Position numbers and translations under genes: made by a program. Source: an uncultured bacterium (lineage in GTDB: Bacteria; Desulfobacterota_D; UBA1144). From it: a stretch of 64,000 nt of DNA. The notes below the pieces were generated by a model. The model saw nothing but the letters and a program-made list of their open reading frames with translations, ran no database searches and was not told where the DNA came from. Every line of letters begins with the position of its first letter. The stretch's first letter is position 1. The stretch lies in NCBI GenBank assembly GCA_913050325.1, contig CAJWZP010000005.1, forward strand, positions 45,092-109,091, given 5' to 3'. Positions 28,851-39,372 of the stretch are shown piece after piece.

Positions 28851-29915
28851 ATGGCTACAAAAACATTAAAAAGTTATACCTTCTGGGATAAAATTGCTAA
28901 TTATTTTTCAATTGATATCGGACTTGATCTTGGCACTGCAAATGTTGTTGTTTATATAAAAGATAAGGGAATTGTTGCAAATGAACCATCTGTGGTTGCT
29001 GTTCAAAGAGATAAGATTGGTGATATTAATATATTAGCCGTTGGGGATGAAGCCAAACTAATGATTGGTAAAACACCGGGGTCAATTGAAGCAATTAGAC
29101 CTCTAAAAGAAGGAGTTATTGCAGATTTTGAAGTCACACAAAAAATGCTTGAGTATTTTATTTCTAAATATCATAGGAATAATTTTTTAGTTAGACCTAG
29201 AGTTGTAGTGTCAGTTCCAATTGGAATCACACCCGTTGAAAAACGTGCAGTTGTTGAAGCTGCTGAATCTGCAGGTGCGAGAGAGGTTTACCTAATAGAA
29301 GAAACTATGGCAGCTGCTTTGGGGGCAGAAATGGATAGTGTCTTAAGCTCAAGAGGTGGGATGATTATAGATATAGGTGGAGGTACAACTGGAATATCAG
29401 TCATATCGTTGGGTGGTTTGGTGATTAGTAAATCTATAAAAACGGCAGGAGATTCAATGAATCAATCAATAATTGATTATGTTAAAAGAACTTATAATAT
29501 ATTGATTGGTGAGAATATGGCAGAGGCTGTTAAAAAAACTATAGCTGATGTAACAGAGTCTCCAAGTGAATCATTACAAATGCAAATAAGAGGTAGGAGC
29601 TTAGAGAATGGACTCCCAACTTCAATAGATTTAAACTCTTCTGATACGAAGAAAGCCTTAGACTCATCTGTTCAAGAAATCATTACGGCTGTTCGCGAAA
29701 CCTTAGATTTAACACCCCCTGAGTTAGCTGGAGATATCATAGTTGATGGAATAGTTTTAGCCGGTGGTGGTGCATTACTAGGAGGTTTAGCCGAAAGAAT
29801 TTCTCTTGCTACTAAGTTAAAAGTTTCCGTGGGTGAGGATCCTCTACTTTGTGTGGTAAAAGGTTGCGGTAAAGCTTTAGAGGAGATTAATACTTTAAGA
29901 AAAATTTCAATTTAA
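28851..29915 (+). CDS. mreB: rod shape-determining protein MreB
   Basis: Actin-fold motifs IGLDLGTANVVVY, DIGGGTTGISV, LAGGGALL. Confidence 0.96.
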   Translation: MATKTLKSYTFWDKIANYFSIDIGLDLGTANVVVYIKDKGIVANEPSVVAVQRDKIGDINILAVGDEAKLMIGKTPGSIEAIRPLKEGVIADFEVTQKMLEYFISKYHRNNFLVRPRVVVSVPIGITPVEKRAVVEAAESAGAREVYLIEETMAAALGAEMDSVLSSRGGMIIDIGGGTTGISVISLGGLVISKSIKTAGDSMNQSIIDYVKRTYNILIGENMAEAVKKTIADVTESPSESLQMQIRGRSLENGLPTSIDLNSSDTKKALDSSVQEIITAVRETLDLTPPELAGDIIVDGIVLAGGGALLGGLAERISLATKLKVSVGEDPLLCVVKGCGKALEEINTLRKISI

Positions 29916-29916
29916 A

Positions 29917-30627
29917 ATGTTATCTTTGAGAAATAAGAAAAAATTAATAATTTTTTTAATTTTTTCTTTTATATTTTTTATTTTTTTTTATTTAAATATT
30001 TCTTCAATTTACAGTAAAAAATTTAAATCTTTTTTTAGTATTTTCCAGAAAAGTTCTGAATCATTTGAGATTAATGATTTAGATAAAAAAGATTCTTATA
30101 CTTTAGATTTAGAAACAAAAATATTACAGCTTAAAAAATTACTTACCATTAAAGATAATTTAAAAACCCAAAAGATAACATTTTCTAATGTAATTTTTAG
30201 ACATCCATCAATTCTTAATAATTTATTTGTTATTTCATCTGGTAAAAAGGAAGGAATAAAAAAAGATCAATTAGTTTTTTCAGACAAAGGACTTGTTGGA
30301 AAAGTTCTGAAATCATATGATGATTATTCAGACATTATTACTACATCAAATTTAAATTTTATTATAATAGTTGAAATAGGAGATAAAAGATTTAAAGGGA
30401 TAATGAAAGGGAATGGAGTAAATTCATTGATAAATTATGTTGATGAAAATTCAGAAATTTTGGTAGGTGACAAAGTTTTTATAAATCAAGAATCAACCAT
30501 TAGATTACTGAGTCAACCAATTGGTGAAGTTACTAAAATTAATCAAGAAAGTGGTTTTTTAAAACTTGAAATGAAAGTGTATTCTTTCCAATCAAAGTTT
30601 AATTTTGTTGGAGTTTTAATTGAATAA
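29917..30627 (+). CDS. mreC: rod shape-determining protein MreC
   Basis: N-terminal TM, coiled coil, then SDKGLVGKVLKS...KGIMKGNG, typical of MreC. Lies between mreB and mreD. Confidence 0.8.
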   Translation: MLSLRNKKKLIIFLIFSFIFFIFFYLNISSIYSKKFKSFFSIFQKSSESFEINDLDKKDSYTLDLETKILQLKKLLTIKDNLKTQKITFSNVIFRHPSILNNLFVISSGKKEGIKKDQLVFSDKGLVGKVLKSYDDYSDIITTSNLNFIIIVEIGDKRFKGIMKGNGVNSLINYVDENSEILVGDKVFINQESTIRLLSQPIGEVTKINQESGFLKLEMKVYSFQSKFNFVGVLIE

Positions 30628-31114
30628 TAAAATTATTAGTTTTTTACTGTTATGGTGTTTTTTATCACCTTTTAATAATTTATATTTATTAAATTTTAAT
30701 TATTTAATTGATCCCACTTTAATAACTTGTATTGTGTTTTGTGTTTTAGATGTCAAGAAAGACAAAATTTTGATTTTATTATTTTTATTAATATCAAATC
30801 AATTTTTATTTGGCAATTTTTTATTAGTCGATTTAACTTTGAAAATTTTAATAATTATTCTTGGAAAATATCTAGTAAAGAATTTCTTATGGAAAAATTT
30901 AAAAAATGAATTTTTATTGACTTTATTACTATTACTTATCTTTAATATCAGTTTATTATCAATTTTTATTTTCTTTGGCGGAAGTCAAATTAGCAATTAT
31001 ATTATTATTTTATCAATTAACACAATTTATTCATTAATTATTTTATCAATCTTATTAGTTAATATAAAATATATAAAATGGCCAGATCAACACAGTCAAA
31101 CATATCAATTCTAA
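30620..31114 (+). CDS. mreD: rod shape-determining protein MreD
   Basis: 164-aa polytopic membrane protein in the canonical mreBCD position. TTG start overlaps the mreC stop. The call is mainly positional. Confidence 0.65.
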   Translation: MNNKIISFLLLWCFLSPFNNLYLLNFNYLIDPTLITCIVFCVLDVKKDKILILLFLLISNQFLFGNFLLVDLTLKILIIILGKYLVKNFLWKNLKNEFLLTLLLLLIFNISLLSIFIFFGGSQISNYIIILSINTIYSLIILSILLVNIKYIKWPDQHSQTYQF

Positions 31115-32841
31115 TAATTTCTATCTTTTTCTTGATAGGACTTTTTAAACTTTTTCATCTTCAAATTTTTAATGGGGAAAAATATAAAAATATTTCAAAA
31201 AATAATTTCTTGCGCGAAGCAACGGTACCATCAGCAAGAGGCATAATTTATGATAGAAATGGTACAAAAATTTCATATAGTAAGCCCATAGTTAGTTTAT
31301 ACATTAAATCCAATTCCATTGAAAATTTAAAAATATTACTAGAAAACCTAAAAAATACGATTGTAATATCAGAGAATAGAATCAAAAATATTTTGCAATC
31401 AAACAGCAAAGTTTCAGTAAGCAAAAGAATATTAGTAAAGAAAGATTTATCAATCAATGAAATATTTGAAATCGAGACCAATTTTTCTAATAATCAAAAT
31501 CTAGAATTAATGAATGATTATTTAAGAGTTTATCCATATAAGGAAGTTGGTTCACACTTTATAGGACATTTAACTTCAGATGATAAAAAAGATAAAATTT
31601 ATGGCTCTCTTTTTTGGAATAGAAAGGGTGCAATAGGAATTGAAAGTGATAAAAACTCGGTACTTTCTGGTGTTGAAGGTTCTAAGTTCTTCTTTGTTAA
31701 TAGTCTTGGTAATGAAGTAAATGTTATAGATGAAAAACTAACCCCAACTTATCCACAGAAAGGCCAAGATGTTCATACAACAATTGATATAGAATTACAA
31801 AAATTAATATATGAATCAATGGAATCATTTAATGGCGGAGTTCTTGTAACTTCTATTGAAACAGGTGAGGTACTTGCAATAGTAAGTAAGCCAGGCTTTG
31901 ATCCCAACCTGTTTTCAAAACCCATATCTAAAAATCAATGGAAAAAACTTAAAAATTCAAAAGATAACCTTTTTTTGAATAGGGTTTTTTATGTAACTAA
32001 TCCACCTGGATCTATAATTAAAATAATTACTGGATTGGCTGGATTAGAAGAAAAAAAGGTAACAAAAGACACTAAGTTTTATTGCCCTGGATATACAAAA
32101 GTTGGTAACAAAAGATTTAGATGTTGGCTCAAGGGAGGCCATGGGAATGTAAATTTATCTAAAGCTTTAACAACATCATGTGATGTCTATTTTTATAAAT
32201 TGGGTCTTTTGTTAGGTATTGATAAATATTCAAACTGGTTAGATAAATTCGGAGTAGGTAAAAATATATCTGGTTTACCTTATATTCAAAAAAAAGGAAC
32301 CATTCCAAATAGAAGATTTATTGAAAAAAGTTTAAATGGTAATTTCTATAATGGTGATATGGCTAATGTTTCTATTGGGCAAGGCTATATAACTTTAAAT
32401 GTTCTTCAGGCTCACAAGATAATCAGCTTAATAGCCAACAAAGGGAAATTTACAGGATTTAATATTTATAAGAATGTTAAAAATAATGAAATTGATGAAA
32501 TTAAATTTAATCAAGAAAACTTAATTATTATTGAGCAAGGACTAGTAGGAGCAATTAATGATAGAGGGGGGACAGGATTTTTTGCAAGAGATGATGGAAA
32601 ATTAGCAGGGAAAACAGGTACAGCTCAAATAATATCAAAAGAATCGCGATTATACGGTAAAGGTAAATTTAAAAACCATGGCTGGTTTAGTGCATATTAT
32701 CCATATAATAATCCAAAAATAGCTATTACAGTTTTTGCAGAGAATGGTGAATCTGGTGGTAAGGCAGGTGGTCCTATTATAAAAAAGATTGTATCATTTT
32801 ATAAACAGCAATATATTCAAGATAATGCAAATAAATTTTAG
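31078..32841 (+). CDS. mrdA: penicillin-binding protein 2 (elongasome transpeptidase)
   Basis: SxxK (PGSIIKI), SxN-type (TSCDVYF), KTGTAQ; N-terminal TM anchor; followed by rodA. Confidence 0.92.
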   Translation: MARSTQSNISILIISIFFLIGLFKLFHLQIFNGEKYKNISKNNFLREATVPSARGIIYDRNGTKISYSKPIVSLYIKSNSIENLKILLENLKNTIVISENRIKNILQSNSKVSVSKRILVKKDLSINEIFEIETNFSNNQNLELMNDYLRVYPYKEVGSHFIGHLTSDDKKDKIYGSLFWNRKGAIGIESDKNSVLSGVEGSKFFFVNSLGNEVNVIDEKLTPTYPQKGQDVHTTIDIELQKLIYESMESFNGGVLVTSIETGEVLAIVSKPGFDPNLFSKPISKNQWKKLKNSKDNLFLNRVFYVTNPPGSIIKIITGLAGLEEKKVTKDTKFYCPGYTKVGNKRFRCWLKGGHGNVNLSKALTTSCDVYFYKLGLLLGIDKYSNWLDKFGVGKNISGLPYIQKKGTIPNRRFIEKSLNGNFYNGDMANVSIGQGYITLNVLQAHKIISLIANKGKFTGFNIYKNVKNNEIDEIKFNQENLIIIEQGLVGAINDRGGTGFFARDDGKLAGKTGTAQIISKESRLYGKGKFKNHGWFSAYYPYNNPKIAITVFAENGESGGKAGGPIIKKIVSFYKQQYIQDNANKF

Positions 32842-33937
32842 ATTTTTCCAAAAACCACATTATAAAATACTTGTAGTAGGATATTTAATAATCTTATTAA
32901 GTTGCATAAATTTATCTCAAATTAATCCGAATAAAATTATAAGTATTTATACTTTAAAACAATTTTTTTGGTTATCTCTATCAATTTTATTTACTTTTGT
33001 AATATTTAGATTCCGCTTGAGAAGTATTAAAGATATATCATTAATACTTTATTTGTTTTCCATTATTTTACTAATATTTGTTTTGGTATTTGGAAGGGAA
33101 ATTTCAGGGGCTAAAAGTTGGATTAAATTTTGGGGGCTTAGTTTTCAGCCTACAGAATTAGTTAAAATTTCTTATATTTTTTTGACTGCAAAAATTTATT
33201 CTGAGTTAGGTTCTTATTCAAAATCATTATTAATTAAATATTTTATTGGTTTAAGTCTTTTTTTAATACCTTTTATATTAATTTTATTACAACCCGATTT
33301 TGGTTCTGCCTTTATCCTATTCTTGATATCGATGACTGTTGTAATTTCTTTTTCATTCAATAAAAAATTTTTACTTTCACTTCTTTTAATAGGTATTTTT
33401 TTAGCCATACCAATTTGGAATAACTATTTAGAACCTTACCAAAAACAAAGAATTATTAATTTTATTAAACCAGAAAATGATCCAAGAGGATTTGGTTATA
33501 ATGCAATACAATCAAAGATAAGCGTAGGCTCTGGCGGAATTTTCGGAAAAGGGATTGGTAATAGTTCGCAAGCAAAACTAGGATTTTTACCTGAAAATCA
33601 TACAGATTTTGCATTTTCTGTTTGGGCAGAACAAACAGGATTATTTGGTTCTTTAATTTTAATATTACTTTATTTCTTTTTAATAATTTATCCACTAACT
33701 TTCATATCCCGTATAAATGATCTTTTTTTGAAGGTTATTATTTTTGGTTTGTCATCATACTTTTTTCTCCACTTTATTATTAATTTATTTATGACAGTTG
33801 GATTATTTCCTATAATAGGAATACCTATGATTCTTTTTAGTTATGGTGGTTCATCTTTAATTTGTGCATCTTTTGCATTTTCAATACAAGCTTTAATTAT
33901 TTCAGCCTTTAGAGATGTTAACAGGTTAGGTGTTTAG
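32825..33937 (+). CDS. rodA: peptidoglycan glycosyltransferase RodA (SEDS family)
   Basis: FQPTELVKI, GSGGIFGKGIG, LPENHTDFAFS. I prefer the ATG at 32825 (MQINFRF...); the track start is a TTG at 32789. Confidence 0.92.
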   Translation: MQINFRFFQKPHYKILVVGYLIILLSCINLSQINPNKIISIYTLKQFFWLSLSILFTFVIFRFRLRSIKDISLILYLFSIILLIFVLVFGREISGAKSWIKFWGLSFQPTELVKISYIFLTAKIYSELGSYSKSLLIKYFIGLSLFLIPFILILLQPDFGSAFILFLISMTVVISFSFNKKFLLSLLLIGIFLAIPIWNNYLEPYQKQRIINFIKPENDPRGFGYNAIQSKISVGSGGIFGKGIGNSSQAKLGFLPENHTDFAFSVWAEQTGLFGSLILILLYFFLIIYPLTFISRINDLFLKVIIFGLSSYFFLHFIINLFMTVGLFPIIGIPMILFSYGGSSLICASFAFSIQALIISAFRDVNRLGV

Positions 33938-34720
33938 ATGATAGAAAATTTAAAAAGTTTTATAGATAACAATTCTTATTGTAAAAGTTTTTATCAACAT
34001 ATTATAGTTTTGAATCAAGTAGATTCAACAAATTCATATGCTAAAAATCTAAATGAAAAAAAGAATGGAATATGTGTTTTTTCATTCATGCAAAACAAAG
34101 GTAGAGGAAGAAACAATAGAGAGTGGCATTCTGTAAGTGGTAAAAATATTTATTTATCAATAATAGTTGAATTTGATAATCAAAATTTTCTATCTTTTAT
34201 ACCCTTAGTATCTTCATTGGCTGTTAGAAATACTGTTAATAGTTTTAACATAAAATCAAATATAAAATGGCCAAATGATATTTTAGTAAATAACAAAAAA
34301 ATCTCAGGAATTCTATGTGAAGCTGAGTATGTAATGGATAAAAAAAATTTTTGTATTGTTGGTATTGGATTAAATATAAATAATACAATTGAAGATTTTC
34401 AATTGGAGACAAAAAAATATAATATTACCCCAACAAGTATGTTTTTAGAGCTTTCTGAAATTACATCAATAGAAGAAGTATTAAAAAAATTATTATTAGA
34501 GTTTGCTTTAGAGATGGAATCACTTAAAAAAAACGGTTATCAATCAATTATTAAGAAATATAAAAATTTTTGGAATGAACGCGGAAAGGAAATAGAAGTA
34601 TCCTTAGGCAATAGAATTGTACGTGGTATCGCAGAGGATATAAAAGATAATGGTCATTTAGTTATTAAATCTGAAAATAAGTTTATTGAGATATCTTCAG
34701 GTGAAATTATATCATTTTAA
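33938..34720 (+). CDS. birA: biotin--[acetyl-CoA-carboxylase] ligase (class I, no HTH domain)
   Basis: GRGRNNREWHS and KWPNDILVNNKKISGIL. At 260 aa with no N-terminal DNA-binding domain, it is probably not a repressor. Confidence 0.88.
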   Translation: MIENLKSFIDNNSYCKSFYQHIIVLNQVDSTNSYAKNLNEKKNGICVFSFMQNKGRGRNNREWHSVSGKNIYLSIIVEFDNQNFLSFIPLVSSLAVRNTVNSFNIKSNIKWPNDILVNNKKISGILCEAEYVMDKKNFCIVGIGLNINNTIEDFQLETKKYNITPTSMFLELSEITSIEEVLKKLLLEFALEMESLKKNGYQSIIKKYKNFWNERGKEIEVSLGNRIVRGIAEDIKDNGHLVIKSENKFIEISSGEIISF

Positions 34721-35018
34721 CAATTTCTTCTTTTAGTTTATTCATTAAATTTGTCCATTTTTCACCATTTTCAAAATCATTAATATTAATCATATTATTT
34801 ATTTCAATTCCGTCTTCTTTTATATTTATATCATAATCATTTTTCTTTTTTAAAATTTCTCCAAACTTTATTAGGGCTTCAATACTTTCTTCATCTTTCC
34901 CTTTAAAAATTGATCGAAGATTGACATCCTGGTTCATACCTTCATATAGCAGGTTCCACATTGTACCAGGGCCTATTAAGGCAAAGCGTAGATCTATTCT
35001 ATCTTTCTTTTTTTTCAT
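34707..35018 (-). CDS. hypothetical protein
   Basis: Open frame in an otherwise unassigned slot. ATG at 35018 (MKKKKDRIDLRFALIGPGTMWNLLYEG...); the track start at 35036 is a TTG. No motif recognised. 3' end overlaps birA by 14 nt. Confidence 0.45.
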   Translation of the reverse strand: MKKKKDRIDLRFALIGPGTMWNLLYEGMNQDVNLRSIFKGKDEESIEALIKFGEILKKKNDYDINIKEDGIEINNMININDFENGEKWTNLMNKLKEEIVKMI

Positions 35019-35075
35019 ATTTATAATTATGACCAATATTTTATGATTAAGGTAATTCAGGGCAAAATATAAAAC

Positions 35076-36017
35076 ATGGCAGAAAAAAATAGAATTATAG
35101 TATTTAATGAAAATTATTTAACCCGAGTCGATCTCTATTTATCCAATAAATTAGAATTATCCAGGTCCCGAATAAGCACTTTAATAAATAGTGGGAACAT
35201 TCTGGTAAATAATAAAAAAGTTAAAGCTTCAAAAATCTTAAAATTTAATGATGAAATTATAGTTAATATTCCGCCTGTAAGAGCTATTAAAATTACTCCT
35301 ATAAAAGGTGAACTAGATATTTTATATGAGGATTCAGATATTTTAGCATTATCAAAACCTCCTAATTTAGTCGTTCATCATGGAGCAGGAACAAAGGAAC
35401 CTACATTGGTAAACCATCTTCTGTATCATATAAAAAATCTTTCTGGAATAGGAGGAGAACTTAGGCCCGGAATTGTTCATCGTCTCGATAAAGAAACCTC
35501 AGGAGTAATGTTAATTGCTAAAAATGATAAAGCTCATATCTCTTTATCAAATCAATTTTCTAAAAGAGAAATTAAAAAAAAATATCTTGCTATTGTTAAT
35601 TTTAAAATGACTAATAATGAAGGATTGATTGAAAAAAAGATTGGTAGAGATAGAAAAGATAGAAAAAAAATATCAATCAATTCATCATCTTTAAGAAATG
35701 CAATATCTAAATGGAAGGTGATATCATCTTTTAATAATTATTCATTTTTAGAAATTGAACCCGAAACTGGTAGGACACACCAAATTAGAGTTCACCTTAA
35801 TTTAATTGGACATCCAATTATAGGTGATAAGATTTATTCGACAACAAGATCAATTAGGAATTCTAAATCCTTAAAAAATTTTTTTTCCAGACACATGTTG
35901 CATGCAAATCAGATTAAGTTCTTTCATCCAAGCAAAAAAAAATCAATTATAATTAAATCTAAGTTACCAGAGGACTTTAAAATCTTATTAAAAGAGATTA
36001 AGAAAAATGAAAATTAA
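35076..36017 (+). CDS. rluD: 23S rRNA pseudouridine synthase, RluA/RluD family
   Basis: S4-like N-terminus and catalytic HRLDKETSGVMLIAK; GRTHQIRVH. Confidence 0.9.
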   Translation: MAEKNRIIVFNENYLTRVDLYLSNKLELSRSRISTLINSGNILVNNKKVKASKILKFNDEIIVNIPPVRAIKITPIKGELDILYEDSDILALSKPPNLVVHHGAGTKEPTLVNHLLYHIKNLSGIGGELRPGIVHRLDKETSGVMLIAKNDKAHISLSNQFSKREIKKKYLAIVNFKMTNNEGLIEKKIGRDRKDRKKISINSSSLRNAISKWKVISSFNNYSFLEIEPETGRTHQIRVHLNLIGHPIIGDKIYSTTRSIRNSKSLKNFFSRHMLHANQIKFFHPSKKKSIIIKSKLPEDFKILLKEIKKNEN

Positions 36018-36657
36018 ATATGATTCAAAATTTTTATCAAAAATAAATGGTATATCCTATTGTTTTGGTACTAAATATGAGAATCAAAATAATGAGGTTT
36101 TTACCTTAAATCAGATTCATAGTAACAAAGTCATAGTGATAAAAAATCATAGTCAAATAAAATCAAATATTGATGGAGATGCTCTGATAACAAATGTTAA
36201 AAAATTTAACATTGGAGTAAAAACAGCAGATTGTGTTCCAATACTTTTTGCAGATTGCGATCAAAAAATTGTTGGTGCAATTCATGCTGGATGGAGAGGA
36301 ACATATAATTTGATTGTTTTAGAGGTTCTAGATGTTATTCGTAAAGACTTCAATATTTCTTTTAATAAGATTTTTTTTTCTATAGGACCCTATATTCAAA
36401 AATGTTGTTTTGAAGTTGGAGAAGAAATTTGGAATAGTTTTAGAGATAAATTTCATGAATACTCGAAACCTTTTATAAGAATAAAGGATAAATATTTCTT
36501 GGACCTAGGTTTACTTAACTATTTAATCCTGAGGAGAAATGGAGTGATAAATATCGATATGGTAAATTCATGTACAAAATGCAACCCTGATTATTATTCA
36601 TATAGAAGAGAAAAAAAATCAGGTCTTAATCAAATTAGTAATATTAAACTTAATTAA
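36007..36657 (+). CDS. pgeF: YfiH/PgeF family (laccase-domain) purine nucleoside enzyme
   Basis: NQIHSNKV, TADCVPILF, HAGWRG, CTKC...YYSYRR motifs; conserved rluD-pgeF pairing. Confidence 0.88.
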   Translation: MKIKYDSKFLSKINGISYCFGTKYENQNNEVFTLNQIHSNKVIVIKNHSQIKSNIDGDALITNVKKFNIGVKTADCVPILFADCDQKIVGAIHAGWRGTYNLIVLEVLDVIRKDFNISFNKIFFSIGPYIQKCCFEVGEEIWNSFRDKFHEYSKPFIRIKDKYFLDLGLLNYLILRRNGVINIDMVNSCTKCNPDYYSYRREKKSGLNQISNIKLN

Positions 36658-36686
36658 GTATTATTTATAATTCAAAGAGGTGTTTT

Positions 36687-37145
36687 ATGTTGAATCTTGG
36701 ATGTTTAATTGATGGTGAAGACTACAGTAGATTGATTCCTTTGGGCTCTTCAAAATCAAAGGCTAAAGTTGAATCTTTACCTGCTGCATCTTATACGATG
36801 TCGATTACAGATGGTCCCGAAAGTGAAATGAAAAGTGAATTAAATGTTTATGTAATTGAATTTCAATCTGTAAATATTGTTGTAGGTTTTACACTTCCTG
36901 ACAGTGTTAAAATTGAAAAAGATATCGAATTTTTATTTACAACTCAACCTACTGCTGATCTTAGAATGCCAGAGGATCTCAAATTCAAAGTAGAATTTTC
37001 AGAAGAAAAAAGATCATCAGCTCAAAATGGAAATGAATTAGAAAAGTTAGAATACATTGGAACCTTTTTAGAAAAAAAATATGAAAAAACAAAAGCAACA
37101 TTTTATTTGCTTGATTATAAAGGTGTAGCAAAGCCAGAAGAGTAA
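36687..37145 (+). CDS. hypothetical protein (152 aa, soluble)
   Basis: Good RBS (AAAGAGG 7 nt upstream). Ends 3 nt before argG. No recognisable motif and no signal peptide. Confidence 0.55.
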   Translation: MLNLGCLIDGEDYSRLIPLGSSKSKAKVESLPAASYTMSITDGPESEMKSELNVYVIEFQSVNIVVGFTLPDSVKIEKDIEFLFTTQPTADLRMPEDLKFKVEFSEEKRSSAQNGNELEKLEYIGTFLEKKYEKTKATFYLLDYKGVAKPEE

Positions 37146-37148
37146 TGT

Positions 37149-38339
37149 ATGAAAAAAAAAATTGTTTTAGCATATTCGGGAGGTTTAGATACATCTGTAA
37201 TTCTTCATTGGCTTAAAGTTCAGTATAATGCCGATGTCATAGCTTATATTGCAGATCTTGGTCAAGGAGAAGATCTCAAAAAAGCAGCTAGAAATGCAAA
37301 AAAAGTAGGTGCTTCAAAAGTTTATATTGAAGATTTAAAATCTGAATTTGTTAATGACTATGTTTTTCCAATGATTCAATCCTCAGCAATTTACGAAGGA
37401 ACTTATTTATTAGGTACTTCAATTGCTAGACCATTGATTTCAAAAAGACAAATTGAAATAGCAAAAAAAGAGAAAGCATTTGCAGTTTCTCATGGTTCGA
37501 CCGGTAAAGGAAATGACCAAGTAAGATTTGAACTTGCTTATAAAGCTCTTAACCCTAGAATTCAAATCATATCTCCTTGGAGAATATGGAATCTTAAATC
37601 TAGAGAGGATTGCATTAATTATGCAAAAAAAAATAAAATTCCAATATCAGTAACAAAAAAGAAGCCGTATAGTTGTGACAGAAATTTATATCATATAAGT
37701 TATGAAGGTGGCATACTCGAGGATCCGTGGTTAGAACCTCCGGATGAAATGTATGAGACTGTGAGACCTCTAATAAAAACTCCTAACAAGCCACTTAAAA
37801 TTATTTTATCTTTTAAGAATGGAATTCCAATTAAATTAAATAATAAAACAATTAAAGGTGTTGACCTTTTTAAAAAATTAAATCCAATTGCTGGAAAGCA
37901 TGGAGTTGGTATAGTAGATATTGTTGAAAACAGATTTGTGGGAATGAAATCAAGGGGTGTATATGAAACACCTGCAGGAACTGTTATTAATATTGCACAT
38001 AGAGCAATAGAGTCTCTAACAATGGATAGAGAGGTTATGCATATTAGGGATACTTTAGTTCCTAAAATATCCCAACTAATATATAATGGTTTTTGGTTTT
38101 CTCCAGAAATGCAAAGCTTGTTGAGCTATGTTAAAGAGACTCAAAAAAATATAACTGGTGACGTGAGACTTGAATTATTTAAAGGTAATGTAAGAGTTTT
38201 AGGAAGAAGATCAAACTATTCTTTATATAATGATAAACTCGCAACGTTTGAAGAAGATAATCTTTATGATCAATCAGATGCTACAGGATTTATAAAATTA
38301 AATTCATTAAGATTAATTTTAAATAAATTAAAAAAGTAA
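37149..38339 (+). CDS. argG: argininosuccinate synthase
   Basis: AYSGGLDTS, SHGSTGKGNDQVRFE, GRSNYSLY. Confidence 0.97.
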   Translation: MKKKIVLAYSGGLDTSVILHWLKVQYNADVIAYIADLGQGEDLKKAARNAKKVGASKVYIEDLKSEFVNDYVFPMIQSSAIYEGTYLLGTSIARPLISKRQIEIAKKEKAFAVSHGSTGKGNDQVRFELAYKALNPRIQIISPWRIWNLKSREDCINYAKKNKIPISVTKKKPYSCDRNLYHISYEGGILEDPWLEPPDEMYETVRPLIKTPNKPLKIILSFKNGIPIKLNNKTIKGVDLFKKLNPIAGKHGVGIVDIVENRFVGMKSRGVYETPAGTVINIAHRAIESLTMDREVMHIRDTLVPKISQLIYNGFWFSPEMQSLLSYVKETQKNITGDVRLELFKGNVRVLGRRSNYSLYNDKLATFEEDNLYDQSDATGFIKLNSLRLILNKLKK

Positions 38340-39329
38340 ATGTTTCTAAGCCAATATGATTATAATTTACCTAAAGAATTAATTGCAAAGAGACCACAAT
38401 ATCCAAGAGACAATTCACGTTTGCTTATTGTAAATAGAAAAACAAAAAAAATTGAAATCAATAATTTCATAAATATTAAAAAATTTTTCTCGAGTGATGA
38501 TTTATGTATTTTTAATAATACTAAGGTTTTAAAAATTTTATTAAAAGGGAAAAAGAAAAACGGAAATATTAGAGAAATCTTACTAATATCCCAAGAATCT
38601 TCTAATACATGGAAGATACTAACTAAAAAACCCAAAGAGGAGGAAATTGATTTCGATAAAACTTTAAAAGGATTTTTATTTAAAAGAACTGAAGAATGGT
38701 TCATCACTTTTAATCAAAAGCCTGATTTGTTTATTGAAAATAATGGCCTAATGCCTATTCCACCATATTTGGATAGGGAATCAGATAAAAAAGATTTAGT
38801 AGATTATCAAACCATTTATGCTTCGGAAGATGGTTCAATTGCTGCTCCAACTGCAGGACTACATTTTACAAAAAATTATTTTGAAGATTTTGATACAACT
38901 AAAGATTTTATAACTTTACATGTTGGCTTAGGAACTTTTAAGCCCATTAAATCAAATGATCTTGAAAAACATAAAATGCATCATGAACAATTTTTAGTAA
39001 AACAGTCATTAATTGATAAAATCAATTTAACTAGAAAAAAAAATAACAGAATTTTATCTATTGGAACAACTGTTGTTCGAGCTCTAGAATCAGTTGCGAT
39101 AGATAAGGAAAAAATTGATAAGTGGTCTTCGACTTCACTTTTTATAAAAGATGATTTTGATTTTAAATTAACCGATTGTTTATTAACCAATTTTCATCTA
39201 CCAAAATCTACTCTTTTAGTTCTTGTTTCATCCTTTTTAGGTTATGAACTAACAATGGAATGTTATCAAATTGCAATTAAAGAGAAAATGAGATTTTTTA
39301 GCTATGGGGACGCTATGCTTATTTTATGA
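38340..39329 (+). CDS. queA: S-adenosylmethionine:tRNA ribosyltransferase-isomerase
   Basis: YDYNLPKELIAKRP, AAPTAGLHFT, GTTVVRALES, LLTNFHLPKSTLL. Confidence 0.95.
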   Translation: MFLSQYDYNLPKELIAKRPQYPRDNSRLLIVNRKTKKIEINNFINIKKFFSSDDLCIFNNTKVLKILLKGKKKNGNIREILLISQESSNTWKILTKKPKEEEIDFDKTLKGFLFKRTEEWFITFNQKPDLFIENNGLMPIPPYLDRESDKKDLVDYQTIYASEDGSIAAPTAGLHFTKNYFEDFDTTKDFITLHVGLGTFKPIKSNDLEKHKMHHEQFLVKQSLIDKINLTRKKNNRILSIGTTVVRALESVAIDKEKIDKWSSTSLFIKDDFDFKLTDCLLTNFHLPKSTLLVLVSSFLGYELTMECYQIAIKEKMRFFSYGDAMLIL

Positions 39330-39372
39330 TGTATTCTTTTACAATTAATGATTTTTATAATAGAATTTCATA

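Noticed and set aside
30727-30909. 60-aa plus-strand ORF in an alternative frame within mreD
   Set aside because: It overlaps mreD in the canonical mreBCD slot. No RBS; likely chance.
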